A stretch of DNA of 63,681 nt, filler included, from Sphingomonadaceae bacterium (GTDB lineage Bacteria; Chloroflexota; UBA6077), in the NCBI GenBank assembly GCA_050261575.1. It is 3 parts of 3 records of this genome, joined end to end, with 100 filler letters (N's around TTAATTAATTAA, not from the genome) between each part and the next. Parts side by side here need not be neighbours in the genome. Positions count along the whole stretch, not along the records: positions 1 to 27,825 come from JBLNDL010000071.1; 2 more parts are not named here. The stretch is one strand, 5' to 3'. Below the pieces are notes generated by a model. The model was not told the DNA's origin. It saw only the letters and a program-made list of their open reading frames with translations, and searched no databases. The translations under genes and the position numbers were made by a program. The stretch's first letter is position 1. Every line of letters starts with the position of its first letter. Positions 18,375 through 26,742 of this stretch are shown here, piece by piece.

Positions 18375-18419
18375 ATACCCCTATGGGGTATTATACGCGC
18401 GCCGGCGCGGGGCTGTCAC
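18375..18419 (-). promoter_or_regulatory. CsoR/RicR/CstR-type operator overlapping the -10 of the DUF302-TrxR promoter
   Basis: Palindrome ATACCCCTATGGGGTAT (18375-18391). Minus-strand GTGACA-18 nt-TATAAT. Confidence 0.75.
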
Positions 18420-18422
18420 CCT

Positions 18423-18452
18423 TTGCGCGGATGCGACCTCTTTCGCTATGAT
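18423..18452 (+). promoter_or_regulatory. Sigma70-type promoter for hisI-hisG
   Basis: TTGCGC-18 nt-TATGAT. Confidence 0.45.
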
Positions 18453-18517
18453 AAGCATTACGTTCAGTAGCCGGCTCCAAACACCCTGTGGATACCGGCG
18501 AGCACTAGGAGGTCTAG

Positions 18518-18943
18518 GTGAGCGAAGAGGTCAAGCAGCCGGGAATGGCGTCCGCGGGGAGGACGATCCCACAGCACGACCACGAGGTGACGCAGCCCCA
18601 CTACCACGTCGGCGCCGAAGGGGCGCGGCTCGATTTCCACAAGCTGGGGGGACTGGTCCCCGCCATCGTGCAGGACCATCGCACCAGAGAGGTGCTGATG
18701 GTCGGCTTCATGAACCCCGAAGCGTGGGAGAAGACGCTCCGCACCCGCATGGTCACCTTCTGGAGCCGCACCCGGCAGACCCTCTGGACAAAAGGGGAGA
18801 CCTCGGGCAACTTCCTCCGCGTGGAGCGCGTCTGGATAGACTGTGACAAAGACACCGTGCTGGTGGAGGCGGAGCCGAACGGCCCCACCTGCCACACGGG
18901 GGCCAGAAGCTGCTTCTTCGAGGAGGTTATCGTCGATGCTTAA
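18518..18943 (+). CDS. hisI: Phosphoribosyl-AMP cyclohydrolase
   Basis: GLVPAIVQD, FWSR.RQ.LW.KGETSGN, DCD.D, CHTG..SCF. Confidence 0.95.
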   Translation: MSEEVKQPGMASAGRTIPQHDHEVTQPHYHVGAEGARLDFHKLGGLVPAIVQDHRTREVLMVGFMNPEAWEKTLRTRMVTFWSRTRQTLWTKGETSGNFLRVERVWIDCDKDTVLVEAEPNGPTCHTGARSCFFEEVIVDA

Positions 18944-19814
18944 CCTGGTCTTGCCAAAGGGAAGTCTGGAGGATCAGACCCTCAAGCTGTTCGAGCAGGC
19001 CGACCTGCCTGTCAGGAGGAGCAGCGACCGCGAATACAACGTCACCATCGCGGACCCACGCATCGGCCGGGTGAAGGTTCTCCGGCCTCAGGAGATCGGC
19101 GGATACGTCCAGAAGGGCTACTTCGACCTGGGGATCACCGGCCTCGACTGGATCGTAGAAACGGGGGCCGACGTCGTCCGGCTGATGGACATGGCCTACA
19201 ACAAGCGGGGGGTCGGCGCCCCGGTGAAGATCGTCCTGGCCGTCTCCCGCGATAGCGGCATCAATCGACCGGAGCAGATGCCCGCGGGCAGCCGCATCTC
19301 CACCGAGTACCCCAACATCACCCGACGCTACTTCGAAGGGCTCGGAATCCCGGTGGATATCCACCTCTCCTATGGGGCGACCGAGGCCAAGGTACCGGAG
19401 ATCGCCGACGCGGTGGTGGAGGTCACCGAGACCGGCTCCACCCTGCGGAAGAACGGGATGCAGATCATCGCCGTCCTCCTGGAATCGTCCACCCAGTTGA
19501 TCGCCAACCGCCAAGCATACGAGGATCCGGCCAGGCGGCACGAGATCGATGAGATCCAGACGCTGCTGACCGGCGTGCTCACCGCTCGAGGCAAGGTGCT
19601 CATCAAGCTCAACGTCCACGAGGAGAACCTCCAGGCCGTGGTCGACGTGCTGCCGGGGATGAAGGCGCCCACCGTCTCTCGGCTCTACGGCACCGGCTAC
19701 TATGCGGTCGAGGCCGTTGCAGTGAAGTCCGAGGTGAACCTCCTGATCCCCCGACTGAAGGCAGCCGGCGCCGAGGACATCCTGGAGCTCCCCATCTCCA
19801 AGATCGTGCTTTAG
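18936..19814 (+). CDS. hisG: ATP phosphoribosyltransferase (long form)
   Basis: LPKGSL, DLGITG.D, TEYPN, GATE, ETGSTL..NG, C-terminal regulatory domain. Confidence 0.95.
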   Translation: MLNLVLPKGSLEDQTLKLFEQADLPVRRSSDREYNVTIADPRIGRVKVLRPQEIGGYVQKGYFDLGITGLDWIVETGADVVRLMDMAYNKRGVGAPVKIVLAVSRDSGINRPEQMPAGSRISTEYPNITRRYFEGLGIPVDIHLSYGATEAKVPEIADAVVEVTETGSTLRKNGMQIIAVLLESSTQLIANRQAYEDPARRHEIDEIQTLLTGVLTARGKVLIKLNVHEENLQAVVDVLPGMKAPTVSRLYGTGYYAVEAVAVKSEVNLLIPRLKAAGAEDILELPISKIVL

Positions 19815-19830
19815 CCTCCGGCAAACGGGC

Positions 19831-19859
19831 AGGGGGAGGGGGCGCCACTCCCTCCCCCT
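19831..19859 (+). terminator. Intrinsic terminator-like hairpin after hisG
   Basis: AGGGGGAGGG...CCCTCCCCCT followed by TT. Confidence 0.5.
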
Positions 19860-20063
19860 TCGATTCCGCCTGCAGCTTGTGGGGGCGCACCTGTGTGTGC
19901 GCCCTCGTCCTCCCCACGGCTGGCCGCTCCCTCAGCACAAGGGCGGACGCCAGGGCCTCAACTTGAAGAAAGGCATGGTTGTTGCAGTTGCGGCGGCGAA
20001 ACGCACCGTCCAGCTTGCCCATCCATCGCCACGACCGATCTGGCGTTCGCAGAGGTTGACGTC

Positions 20064-22139
20064 ATGCGCTGGCACCCGCACGATCCGCGCGTCAGGCTCC
20101 TGCTGACGAGCTTCGCCATCCTCTACTTCGAGCTCATCTGCATCCGGTGGACTCCCTCCTACATTCGAGCACTCATCTTCTTTCCCAACTTCATCTTGAT
20201 CGCCTCCTTCCTGGGCATCGGATTGGGCGTTCTGATGGCGAGGCGACAGCGCTCGCTGCTCCCCTACTTCCCCGCGATGCTCGCCCTGTTCGTCCTGGCC
20301 GTCGGGCTCCTTCAGTTCGACCTGACCATCGAATCGCCCGAGAGCCTCTTCTTCGGGAGCGTGGCCGGGGGTCGCAAGGAGAACGACACTTACCTCCTGG
20401 TGCCGCTCTTCTTCCTGTTCATCGTGGGACTCTCAGCCCCGCTGGCCCAGGAACTCGGGCGACTGTTCCGGCAGCTTCCACCGCTGCGCGCCTACTTCTT
20501 CGACATAACCGGAAGCCTGCTCGGCACCGCCGCCTTCGCGGCGAACAGTCTCCTCAGTGCCACGCCACCGGTCTGGTTCGCCGTCCTGGTGGTCGTGCTC
20601 CTGTTGCTGAGGCCCTGGCCGCGATGGGGACCCCGGCGGCGCCCCGCCATGGCCGTCAATTCTCTCCTGCTGGCCACCACCCTGCTCGCCGTCGCCTGGC
20701 TGGCCCGGGGGGCTTACTGGTCGCCTTACTATCGGATCGTCGTCGACCAGACGCACGACGGACAATGGCAGATCAACGTCAACAACGTGGCCATGCAGTG
20801 GGTCGACGACGTTGACCGGCGCGAGCCGTTCTACCACGTCCCCTACTGGCTCGCGGGCGACGGCAGCTTCCGCCACGCGCTCGTCATCGGCGCCGGCACC
20901 GGCACCGACACGGCGGCGGCGCTGCGCCACGGCGTCGACCGGGTCGACGCCGTCGAGATCGACCCTCTCCTGCTGCAGTTGGGCTCAGCGCTCCATCCCA
21001 ACCGGCCCTACGAGGACCCCCGCGTCCGCCTGCACGTCGACGACGCACGGTCCTTCCTGCGCAACACGACCGCCCGATACGATCTGATCGTCTTCGGGCT
21101 GCCGGACTCCCTGACGCTGACGAGCGGCTTCGCCAATCTTCGGCTGGAGAGCTTCCTCTTCACGCTCGAGTCCTTCGCCAGCGCGCGCTCACGCCTGAGC
21201 GACGACGGCCTGCTCGTCCTCTACAACTACTACCGAGAGGACTGGCTGGTCGACAAGCTGGCTGGAATGCTGAGGAGCACGTTCGGCACGCCGCCGCTCG
21301 TCATCACCTACGGCGGCTCGGGGCGGGCGGCGGTGCTCGCCGCCGGGCCACTGCTCGACCGAATCGACATCACCGCTCGCCTGCCCCAACTGCTCAGCCT
21401 CAGCCACTCCCAGCTCCAGGCAGCGGACGTCGGCCGGCAGCCCCGGACGGCACCGCCGCCAGCCGCCGACGACTGGCCGTTCCTGTACATCCCAGATCGG
21501 CCGCTGCCGACCGTCTACGTCGTCTCGCTCCTCCTGGTCGGCATCCTCGCGGTCGGGCTGACGCGGGCCGCCGCGCCCCCCGGCACCCTGGGCCGCTTCC
21601 AGCCACACTTCTTCTTCATGGGCGCTGCCTTCCTGCTGCTGGAGACCAAGAGCGTCGTCAGCTTCAGCCTGCTCTTCGGCTCGACGTGGTTCGTCAACTC
21701 CCTCGTCTTCTTCGCCATCCTCTCGATGGTCTTGCTGGCGGTCGTGATCAACCAGAAGGTGCAGATCGGCAGTGTGACCCCGCTCTTCGTCGCCCTCTTC
21801 GCCGCGCTTGCGGCGGCCTATCTGCTTCCACCGGAAAGCCTGCTGATCCGGAACGCGCCGCTCCGCTACGCCGTTGCCAGTCTGCTCGTCTTCTCGCCGA
21901 TCTTTCTGGCCAACCTGATCTTCAGTCGACTGTTCAAGGAGTCGGTCGATCCCGACGTCGGCTTCGCATCGAACCTGCTCGGCTCCGTACTCGGCGGCCT
22001 GCTGGAGTACCTCTCGCTGTCGTTCGGCTACCAGTCCCTCATCCTGGCCGTCGCCGCCCTCTACGCGCTGGCCTTCGCTTCTGGCAGCCTTCGCCGAGCC
22101 AGGCAGCCCGCGGTCGCCGGTTCCACTGAAGCCGGCTGA
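20064..22139 (+). CDS. Polytopic membrane protein with central spermidine-synthase-like SAM-binding domain
   Basis: N- and C-terminal TM bundles; WSPYYRI, LVIGAGTGTD, AVEIDP, DDARSFL, DDWPFLY, SNLLG..LGG..EY. Confidence 0.82.
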   Translation: MRWHPHDPRVRLLLTSFAILYFELICIRWTPSYIRALIFFPNFILIASFLGIGLGVLMARRQRSLLPYFPAMLALFVLAVGLLQFDLTIESPESLFFGSVAGGRKENDTYLLVPLFFLFIVGLSAPLAQELGRLFRQLPPLRAYFFDITGSLLGTAAFAANSLLSATPPVWFAVLVVVLLLLRPWPRWGPRRRPAMAVNSLLLATTLLAVAWLARGAYWSPYYRIVVDQTHDGQWQINVNNVAMQWVDDVDRREPFYHVPYWLAGDGSFRHALVIGAGTGTDTAAALRHGVDRVDAVEIDPLLLQLGSALHPNRPYEDPRVRLHVDDARSFLRNTTARYDLIVFGLPDSLTLTSGFANLRLESFLFTLESFASARSRLSDDGLLVLYNYYREDWLVDKLAGMLRSTFGTPPLVITYGGSGRAAVLAAGPLLDRIDITARLPQLLSLSHSQLQAADVGRQPRTAPPPAADDWPFLYIPDRPLPTVYVVSLLLVGILAVGLTRAAAPPGTLGRFQPHFFFMGAAFLLLETKSVVSFSLLFGSTWFVNSLVFFAILSMVLLAVVINQKVQIGSVTPLFVALFAALAAAYLLPPESLLIRNAPLRYAVASLLVFSPIFLANLIFSRLFKESVDPDVGFASNLLGSVLGGLLEYLSLSFGYQSLILAVAALYALAFASGSLRRARQPAVAGSTEAG

Positions 22140-22214
22140 GAGGTGTGAGCCGAGCGCCGGGTGAAAGAGGATGAGATGCGTCGAGGTCTTCGCCCCTGGG
22201 TTGTGCTAAACTAA

Positions 22215-22280
22215 GCAGGTGTCTCTAGACGGAGCGTGCATCTCCCGCCAGGGAAGCCGGCACGATCTGGAGGTATCTGC
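22215..22280. mobile_element. MITE-like repeat, copy 5 (in the infA leader)
   Basis: TAA-GCAGGTGTCTCTAG...CTGGAGGTATCTGC, directly downstream of a TG-n-TAAACT -10-like box. Confidence 0.68.
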
Positions 22281-22349
22281 CCAGCCACAGGTAGCGGCCT
22301 TGGCAGGAGACCGCGGGCAAGACCCCGCGTCCGATCAGAAAGGAGAGCT

Positions 22350-22571
22350 ATGCCGAAGGATCAAGCGATAGAGGTCGAGGGAGTCGTGGTGGAGGCGCTT
22401 CCCAACGCGACCTTCCGGGTCCAGATGGAGGGCGGGCACGAGGTGCTGGCGCACGCGTCCGGCAAGATGCGCAAGTTCTTCATCCGCATCCTTCCCGGCG
22501 ATCGAGTCAAGGTGGAGCTATCCCCCTACGACCTCACGCGCGGGCGCATCGTCTACCGCTACACCAAGTGA
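22350..22571 (+). CDS. infA: Translation initiation factor IF-1
   Basis: [22 protein letters not shown]...[38 protein letters not shown]. Confidence 0.97.
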   Translation: MPKDQAIEVEGVVVEALPNATFRVQMEGGHEVLAHASGKMRKFFIRILPGDRVKVELSPYDLTRGRIVYRYTK

Positions 22572-22638
22572 GACGCGAAGGCTCCAGCCGAGGTCCTGCG
22601 TCCTGAGGGCTGCGTGGTATTGCGCTCAGCGGTGGGAC

Positions 22639-23706
22639 TCAGGACTCAGCGCTCTGCACCGCTCGATGGTGCAGCCGTTGGCGCTCCCACTCGGCGAAGC
22701 TCTCCGGCGGGCGTATCGCCTCCCAGTCCGGCCTCCTCACGAGGGCGGCCGCGCCGGACGGGCAGCCGGAGACACAAAGGCCGCAGCCGATACACCCCTC
22801 CGCGGCCACCGTCGCCACGCCATCCACCTCGGCGACCGCCTTGACCTGGCACCGTCGCAGGCAGACCCCACACCCCGTGCAGCGCTCGGGGTCGATCACC
22901 GCCAGGTAGGTGGCCTTGGCCACGGAGTGCTCGATCCCGCGCTCGGTGACCCCGCGGAGAATGCCACAGCAGCAGCCACAGCAGTTGCACACGTAGTAGA
23001 CGTCTCGAACCACGTTGCTGACGGTGTGCACCAGCCCCAGCCTCTCGCACTCGTCCAGCAGCGCCAGTGCCTCGGCCTTGGAGATGTCCTTGGGTCCGGG
23101 GGGCCTGCCGGCGCCGCCAAAGGTCAGGCAGTTGTGGGTGGGGAAGTCACACTTCCTGCCCAGGTGGTCCTGCTGCACCCGGCAGATGCACTGCCGCACC
23201 GAGAAGCTGCGCGCCTGATCCAGGATCCTCACCACGTCCTCGTAGGGCAAGACCCACTCGGCAGGCACGGCCCGACGGGCCGGGAGCACTCGATGGAGGG
23301 CGGGCTCGGGGCGCATGATCCCTTCGGCCCCCCCCTCCGCCATGTACTCCTCCACCAGGTGGGCAAACTCGTGGTCCATCAGCTCCAGCGACGCCTCGTA
23401 CATCCCCACGACGAAGGGGGCCAGGCGGAACCGCCACGAGCGCGCCTGGCGATCCAGATCCAGCCACACCATCCCCCGTTTCACCAGGGCTTTCAGTCGG
23501 GCAGCGACCTCATCGGGGGGGAGACCGGCTCGTGCGGCGATGGCGGAGGGCAACTCCATCCGGCCCGTCAGGTGGGAGACGAGCAACGCCTCCTCCGGCG
23601 AGAAGATCCTCTGGAGGATGCGAAGCTCCTTGCCCCCAGGGGTACGGGGGAAGCCGTTGGGCAGGGCGTCCAGAGCCGCGGCCAGCCGGATGTAGCAGTC
23701 GTCCAT
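22639..23706 (-). CDS. 4Fe-4S binding protein with N-terminal wHTH-like region
   Basis: CICR, CNCCGCCC and two CxxCxxCxxxC ferredoxin motifs. Confidence 0.88.
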   Translation of the reverse strand: MDDCYIRLAAALDALPNGFPRTPGGKELRILQRIFSPEEALLVSHLTGRMELPSAIAARAGLPPDEVAARLKALVKRGMVWLDLDRQARSWRFRLAPFVVGMYEASLELMDHEFAHLVEEYMAEGGAEGIMRPEPALHRVLPARRAVPAEWVLPYEDVVRILDQARSFSVRQCICRVQQDHLGRKCDFPTHNCLTFGGAGRPPGPKDISKAEALALLDECERLGLVHTVSNVVRDVYYVCNCCGCCCGILRGVTERGIEHSVAKATYLAVIDPERCTGCGVCLRRCQVKAVAEVDGVATVAAEGCIGCGLCVSGCPSGAAALVRRPDWEAIRPPESFAEWERQRLHHRAVQSAES

Positions 23707-23775
23707 CTCCGATCCCTTTCCGAGCCCTAGGTCCTGGGAGGGTCATACCTCAGCACTCAGTCCTCGGGCCTGCTG

Positions 23776-24129
23776 CTAAACGTAGATCGCTCTGTCCGCC
23801 TTCATCAGAGTGTCCACGATCTCCTGCATGTTGCTGACCCGCCCGACGGCCAGCCGATCCGACAGCCGAAAGTGGTTGACGCAGGTCCCGCAGAGGACGA
23901 TCTCCGCCCCCTTCTCCGCCAGCGCCTCGAGCATCGGCACCGCCGTGGAGCCCCGCTCGACCAGCTTCACCCCCGCGTTGTAGCACAGCACCGCCCCGGG
24001 CACCTCGTCCCTGAAGGCCAGGGTGCGCAGGAAGCTCACCATCAGATTCGATCCGAGGTCGTCGTCTCCCCGGCCGAGGGTGGCCGAATCCAGCACCAGG
24101 ACGGTTCGACTCTCACTTCGTACTTGCAT
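23776..24129 (-). CDS. DsrE-fold YedF-like sulfurtransferase protein
   Basis: LG.GDD.LG..LM.SFL, YN.GVKL, CGTC.NHF, G.VSNM.EIV. Confidence 0.85.
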   Translation of the reverse strand: MQVRSESRTVLVLDSATLGRGDDDLGSNLMVSFLRTLAFRDEVPGAVLCYNAGVKLVERGSTAVPMLEALAEKGAEIVLCGTCVNHFRLSDRLAVGRVSNMQEIVDTLMKADRAIYV

Positions 24130-24232
24130 CGCACTCTCCTCTGGCTTTTCTGGAAGGCGAGGGGCGGTTGCACGCCGGCGGGCAGGTGCGCACAAGCCTC
24201 ACCGAGCGTGTCGCATGCCCGTGCGCACGGCA

Positions 24233-25006
24233 TCAGGCTGCCGACTGCGGGGCGCCCAACGCCGCCGAGATCCTCTCCGCGGCAGCCCTGACCAGAGTGG
24301 CATACTCCTCTTTTCGCTCCTGGGCGTACCTGCTGGAGGGCAGGCTCACGGCGACGGAGGCAATCACCGCCCCCGTGTAGTCCAGTATCGGGGCGGCGAA
24401 GCTGACGCTACCGGAGATCCTCTCGCCGCAAGACATGGCGAAGCCCTGGGCGCGAATCTCCCTCAGGCTCGCCCGGAGGTCCATCGGCTCGGTGACAGTT
24501 CTGTCGGTATACCGCACCAGCTCGACCGTGGAGATGTAGCGCTCGATTTCATCATCCGACAGGTAGGCGAGGATCACCTTCCCGGGAGCAGCACAGTGGA
24601 GGGGACCGGAGCGGCCCAATTGGACGGTCCTCCTGATCTCGTGGAGGCTTTCCACCTGCTGGGCATAGACATACTCGAAGCCGCTTCGAACGCAGAGGAG
24701 CACAGTCTCGCCGGTCTGATCCCGCAGCCACCTCATGTGTGGGAACGCCTCGGCGGAGAGGCTGACGTTCTCGGCGCGCACCCGCGCGAGTTCGAGCAGC
24801 TTGGGGCCGATGAGGTACTTGCGGGTGACGGGATTAGAGCGAACGAATCCTCTGGACTCGAGGGTCAGGAGGATTCGGCACACGGTAGCCTTGTCCAACT
24901 CGAGCATTCTGCTGATCTCCAGAACACCCAACTCTGGGCGCTCCACAGAGAAGCAGGAGAGTATGTCGGCAACGCGGTCCACGACGCGGATTCTGGTAGA
25001 CGGCAA
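24233..25006 (-). CDS. IclR-family transcriptional regulator
   Basis: VDR..DIL..F, HTH with L.KAT..RIL.TL...GF, GET, PLHC.A.GK, G....AAPI. TTG start at 25006 after GGGAGG. Confidence 0.92.
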   Translation of the reverse strand: MPSTRIRVVDRVADILSCFSVERPELGVLEISRMLELDKATVCRILLTLESRGFVRSNPVTRKYLIGPKLLELARVRAENVSLSAEAFPHMRWLRDQTGETVLLCVRSGFEYVYAQQVESLHEIRRTVQLGRSGPLHCAAPGKVILAYLSDDEIERYISTVELVRYTDRTVTEPMDLRASLREIRAQGFAMSCGERISGSVSFAAPILDYTGAVIASVAVSLPSSRYAQERKEEYATLVRAAAERISAALGAPQSAA

Positions 25007-25042
25007 GTTGGCCTCCCAGCGCTGAAAGGATATGCACGACTG

Positions 25043-25196
25043 TTCCATGTCATGCAATGTCGTTGCACCCATGCTACACGGCGCGTACCATCCGTGTCAA
25101 ATCCTCCGGCAACGGACAGACCCGCACAGTTCGACTATTGACAAGAAGAAGGTAGCCTGCTACAGTGATTATGCAATCTTGTTGCATCATATGCAA
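25043..25196. promoter_or_regulatory. Back-to-back promoters with IclR-type palindromic operators
   Basis: Plus strand TTGACA(25138)-17 nt-TACAGT; minus strand TTGACA(25100)-18 nt-TAGCAT. Palindromes TTGCAT-cat-ATGCAA (25182-25196) and TTCCAT-gtc-ATGCAA (25043-25057). Confidence 0.7.
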
Positions 25197-25578
25197 TAGT
25201 ATCGCGGCCTGGAGTCGCCCGCTTCCGCGGCGGCGAGGGTTGCCGCACGAACGCTGCTCCGCCGTTTCCTCGGCTGATGGCTGGCCGGTTCACGCTCCGG
25301 AAAGCGAGAGAGAGCTTGAGGGAACCGTTCGATCGTCTCGGCGCGCCAGATCTGGCGTCTCCCATTGCCGGACCAGCATCTCGTTCCCCACCTCGGGCAC
25401 GGGCAGACGTCTCATCGCGTGAGACTTGAAGCCTGAACCCAGCGCGACCAGGGGCTTGGCGCGTGATGCCAGTGCCCACAGGCGCACCACCATCTCAACG
25501 GACATACGCCCAGGAGACTTCCTGACGCTCGAGCTGGAGAGACATCACCATCCTAGAAGAGTAAAGCGGAGGATACAG

Positions 25579-26670
25579 ATGATGCAACGGCTTGTGGTCC
25601 TTTGGTTTGCCCTGACCGTCGCTGTCGCTCTGGCCGTCGCTGGATGCAGCCAGGCTTCCCCCGCCCCGGCACCGACAAAGTCCGCCCCTGCCGCCGAGGC
25701 CACCAAGGCACCGGCGAGCCAACCCGCCGCCGCTCCTACCGCAGCCCCCGCCCCTGCCACGAAGGTGGCCTACCCGGAGAAGGGCAAAGCGATCACCATC
25801 ATCGTGCCCTGGGCAGCGGGTAGCCCGAACGATCTCTGGGCACGCCTCCTCGGCAGCTTCATGGAGAAGGAGCTTGGGACCCCCGTCCAGGTGGTTCCCA
25901 AGCCGGGTGCCTCTTCTCAGGTGGGAATGACCGAACTGGCGCAGGCGAAGCCCGACGGATACACCCTGGGGGTGAACTCGCTGCAGACCACCATCGCCAC
26001 CTACCTCGACCCCGAGCGGAAGGCCGTGTTCGGCCGCAAAGACCTCGCCCCCATCGCCGTGGGGCTGTACGAGCCCTTCGGGCTCGTCGTCAAGGGCGAC
26101 AGCCCCTACAAGACCACCAAGGAGTTGGTCGAGGCGGCGAAAGCAAACCCCGAGAAGATCAAGGTGGGGGACAACGGCCTGATGTCTCCTGCCCAGATGG
26201 GAGTGCTGCTGCTGGAGAAGGCTGCCGGCGTGAAGTTCGCAGCGGTGCACTTCACGGGCAGCTCCGAGAGCGTGGCTGCCCTGCTCGGCGGGCACGTGGA
26301 CGTGTCCTCCATCATCGCCACCGGGTTCCAGGGGCAACTCGCCAGCGGCACGATCAGGGGGCTCGGAGTGTTCGACAAGGAGGAGAGCAAGTCCTTCCCC
26401 GGCGTCAAGACCATCCCATCGCAGGGCTGGGACGCCGTCATGGTCCGAACCCTGGGTCTCGACGCCCCGGGCAAGACCCCGCCCGAGATCGTGAGCCTGC
26501 TGAACGACACGGTGGGAAAGATCTCCAAGAATCCCGAGTACCTGAAGAAGGCCGAGGAAGCGGGCATGATCGTGAAGTACATGCCCACCTCACAGTACGT
26601 CGCCCATTGGGACGAGGTTGAAGCGCAGATAAAGACCGTGATCGATATGATCAAGGCCGGCAACAAGTAG
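25579..26670 (+). CDS. Bug/TctC solute-binding lipoprotein (paralog of 7732-8823)
   Basis: Lipobox VAGC, Ala/Pro linker, YPEKGK.ITIIVPW.AG..D..AR, KPDGYT, ALLGGHVD. Confidence 0.92.
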   Translation: MMQRLVVLWFALTVAVALAVAGCSQASPAPAPTKSAPAAEATKAPASQPAAAPTAAPAPATKVAYPEKGKAITIIVPWAAGSPNDLWARLLGSFMEKELGTPVQVVPKPGASSQVGMTELAQAKPDGYTLGVNSLQTTIATYLDPERKAVFGRKDLAPIAVGLYEPFGLVVKGDSPYKTTKELVEAAKANPEKIKVGDNGLMSPAQMGVLLLEKAAGVKFAAVHFTGSSESVAALLGGHVDVSSIIATGFQGQLASGTIRGLGVFDKEESKSFPGVKTIPSQGWDAVMVRTLGLDAPGKTPPEIVSLLNDTVGKISKNPEYLKKAEEAGMIVKYMPTSQYVAHWDEVEAQIKTVIDMIKAGNK

Positions 26671-26742
26671 CCGATCCGGTCCTGCCCGCGCGGCTCTCGT
26701 CTCAGGCCGCCCAATCACAGATTCCACATCCTGGAGTAACAG

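Noticed and set aside
9887..22280. GCAGGT repeats as integron attC sites or CRISPR repeats
   Set aside because: They lack RYYYAAC/GTTRRRY ends, are dispersed among housekeeping genes in both orientations, and there is no spacer array, intI or cas gene.
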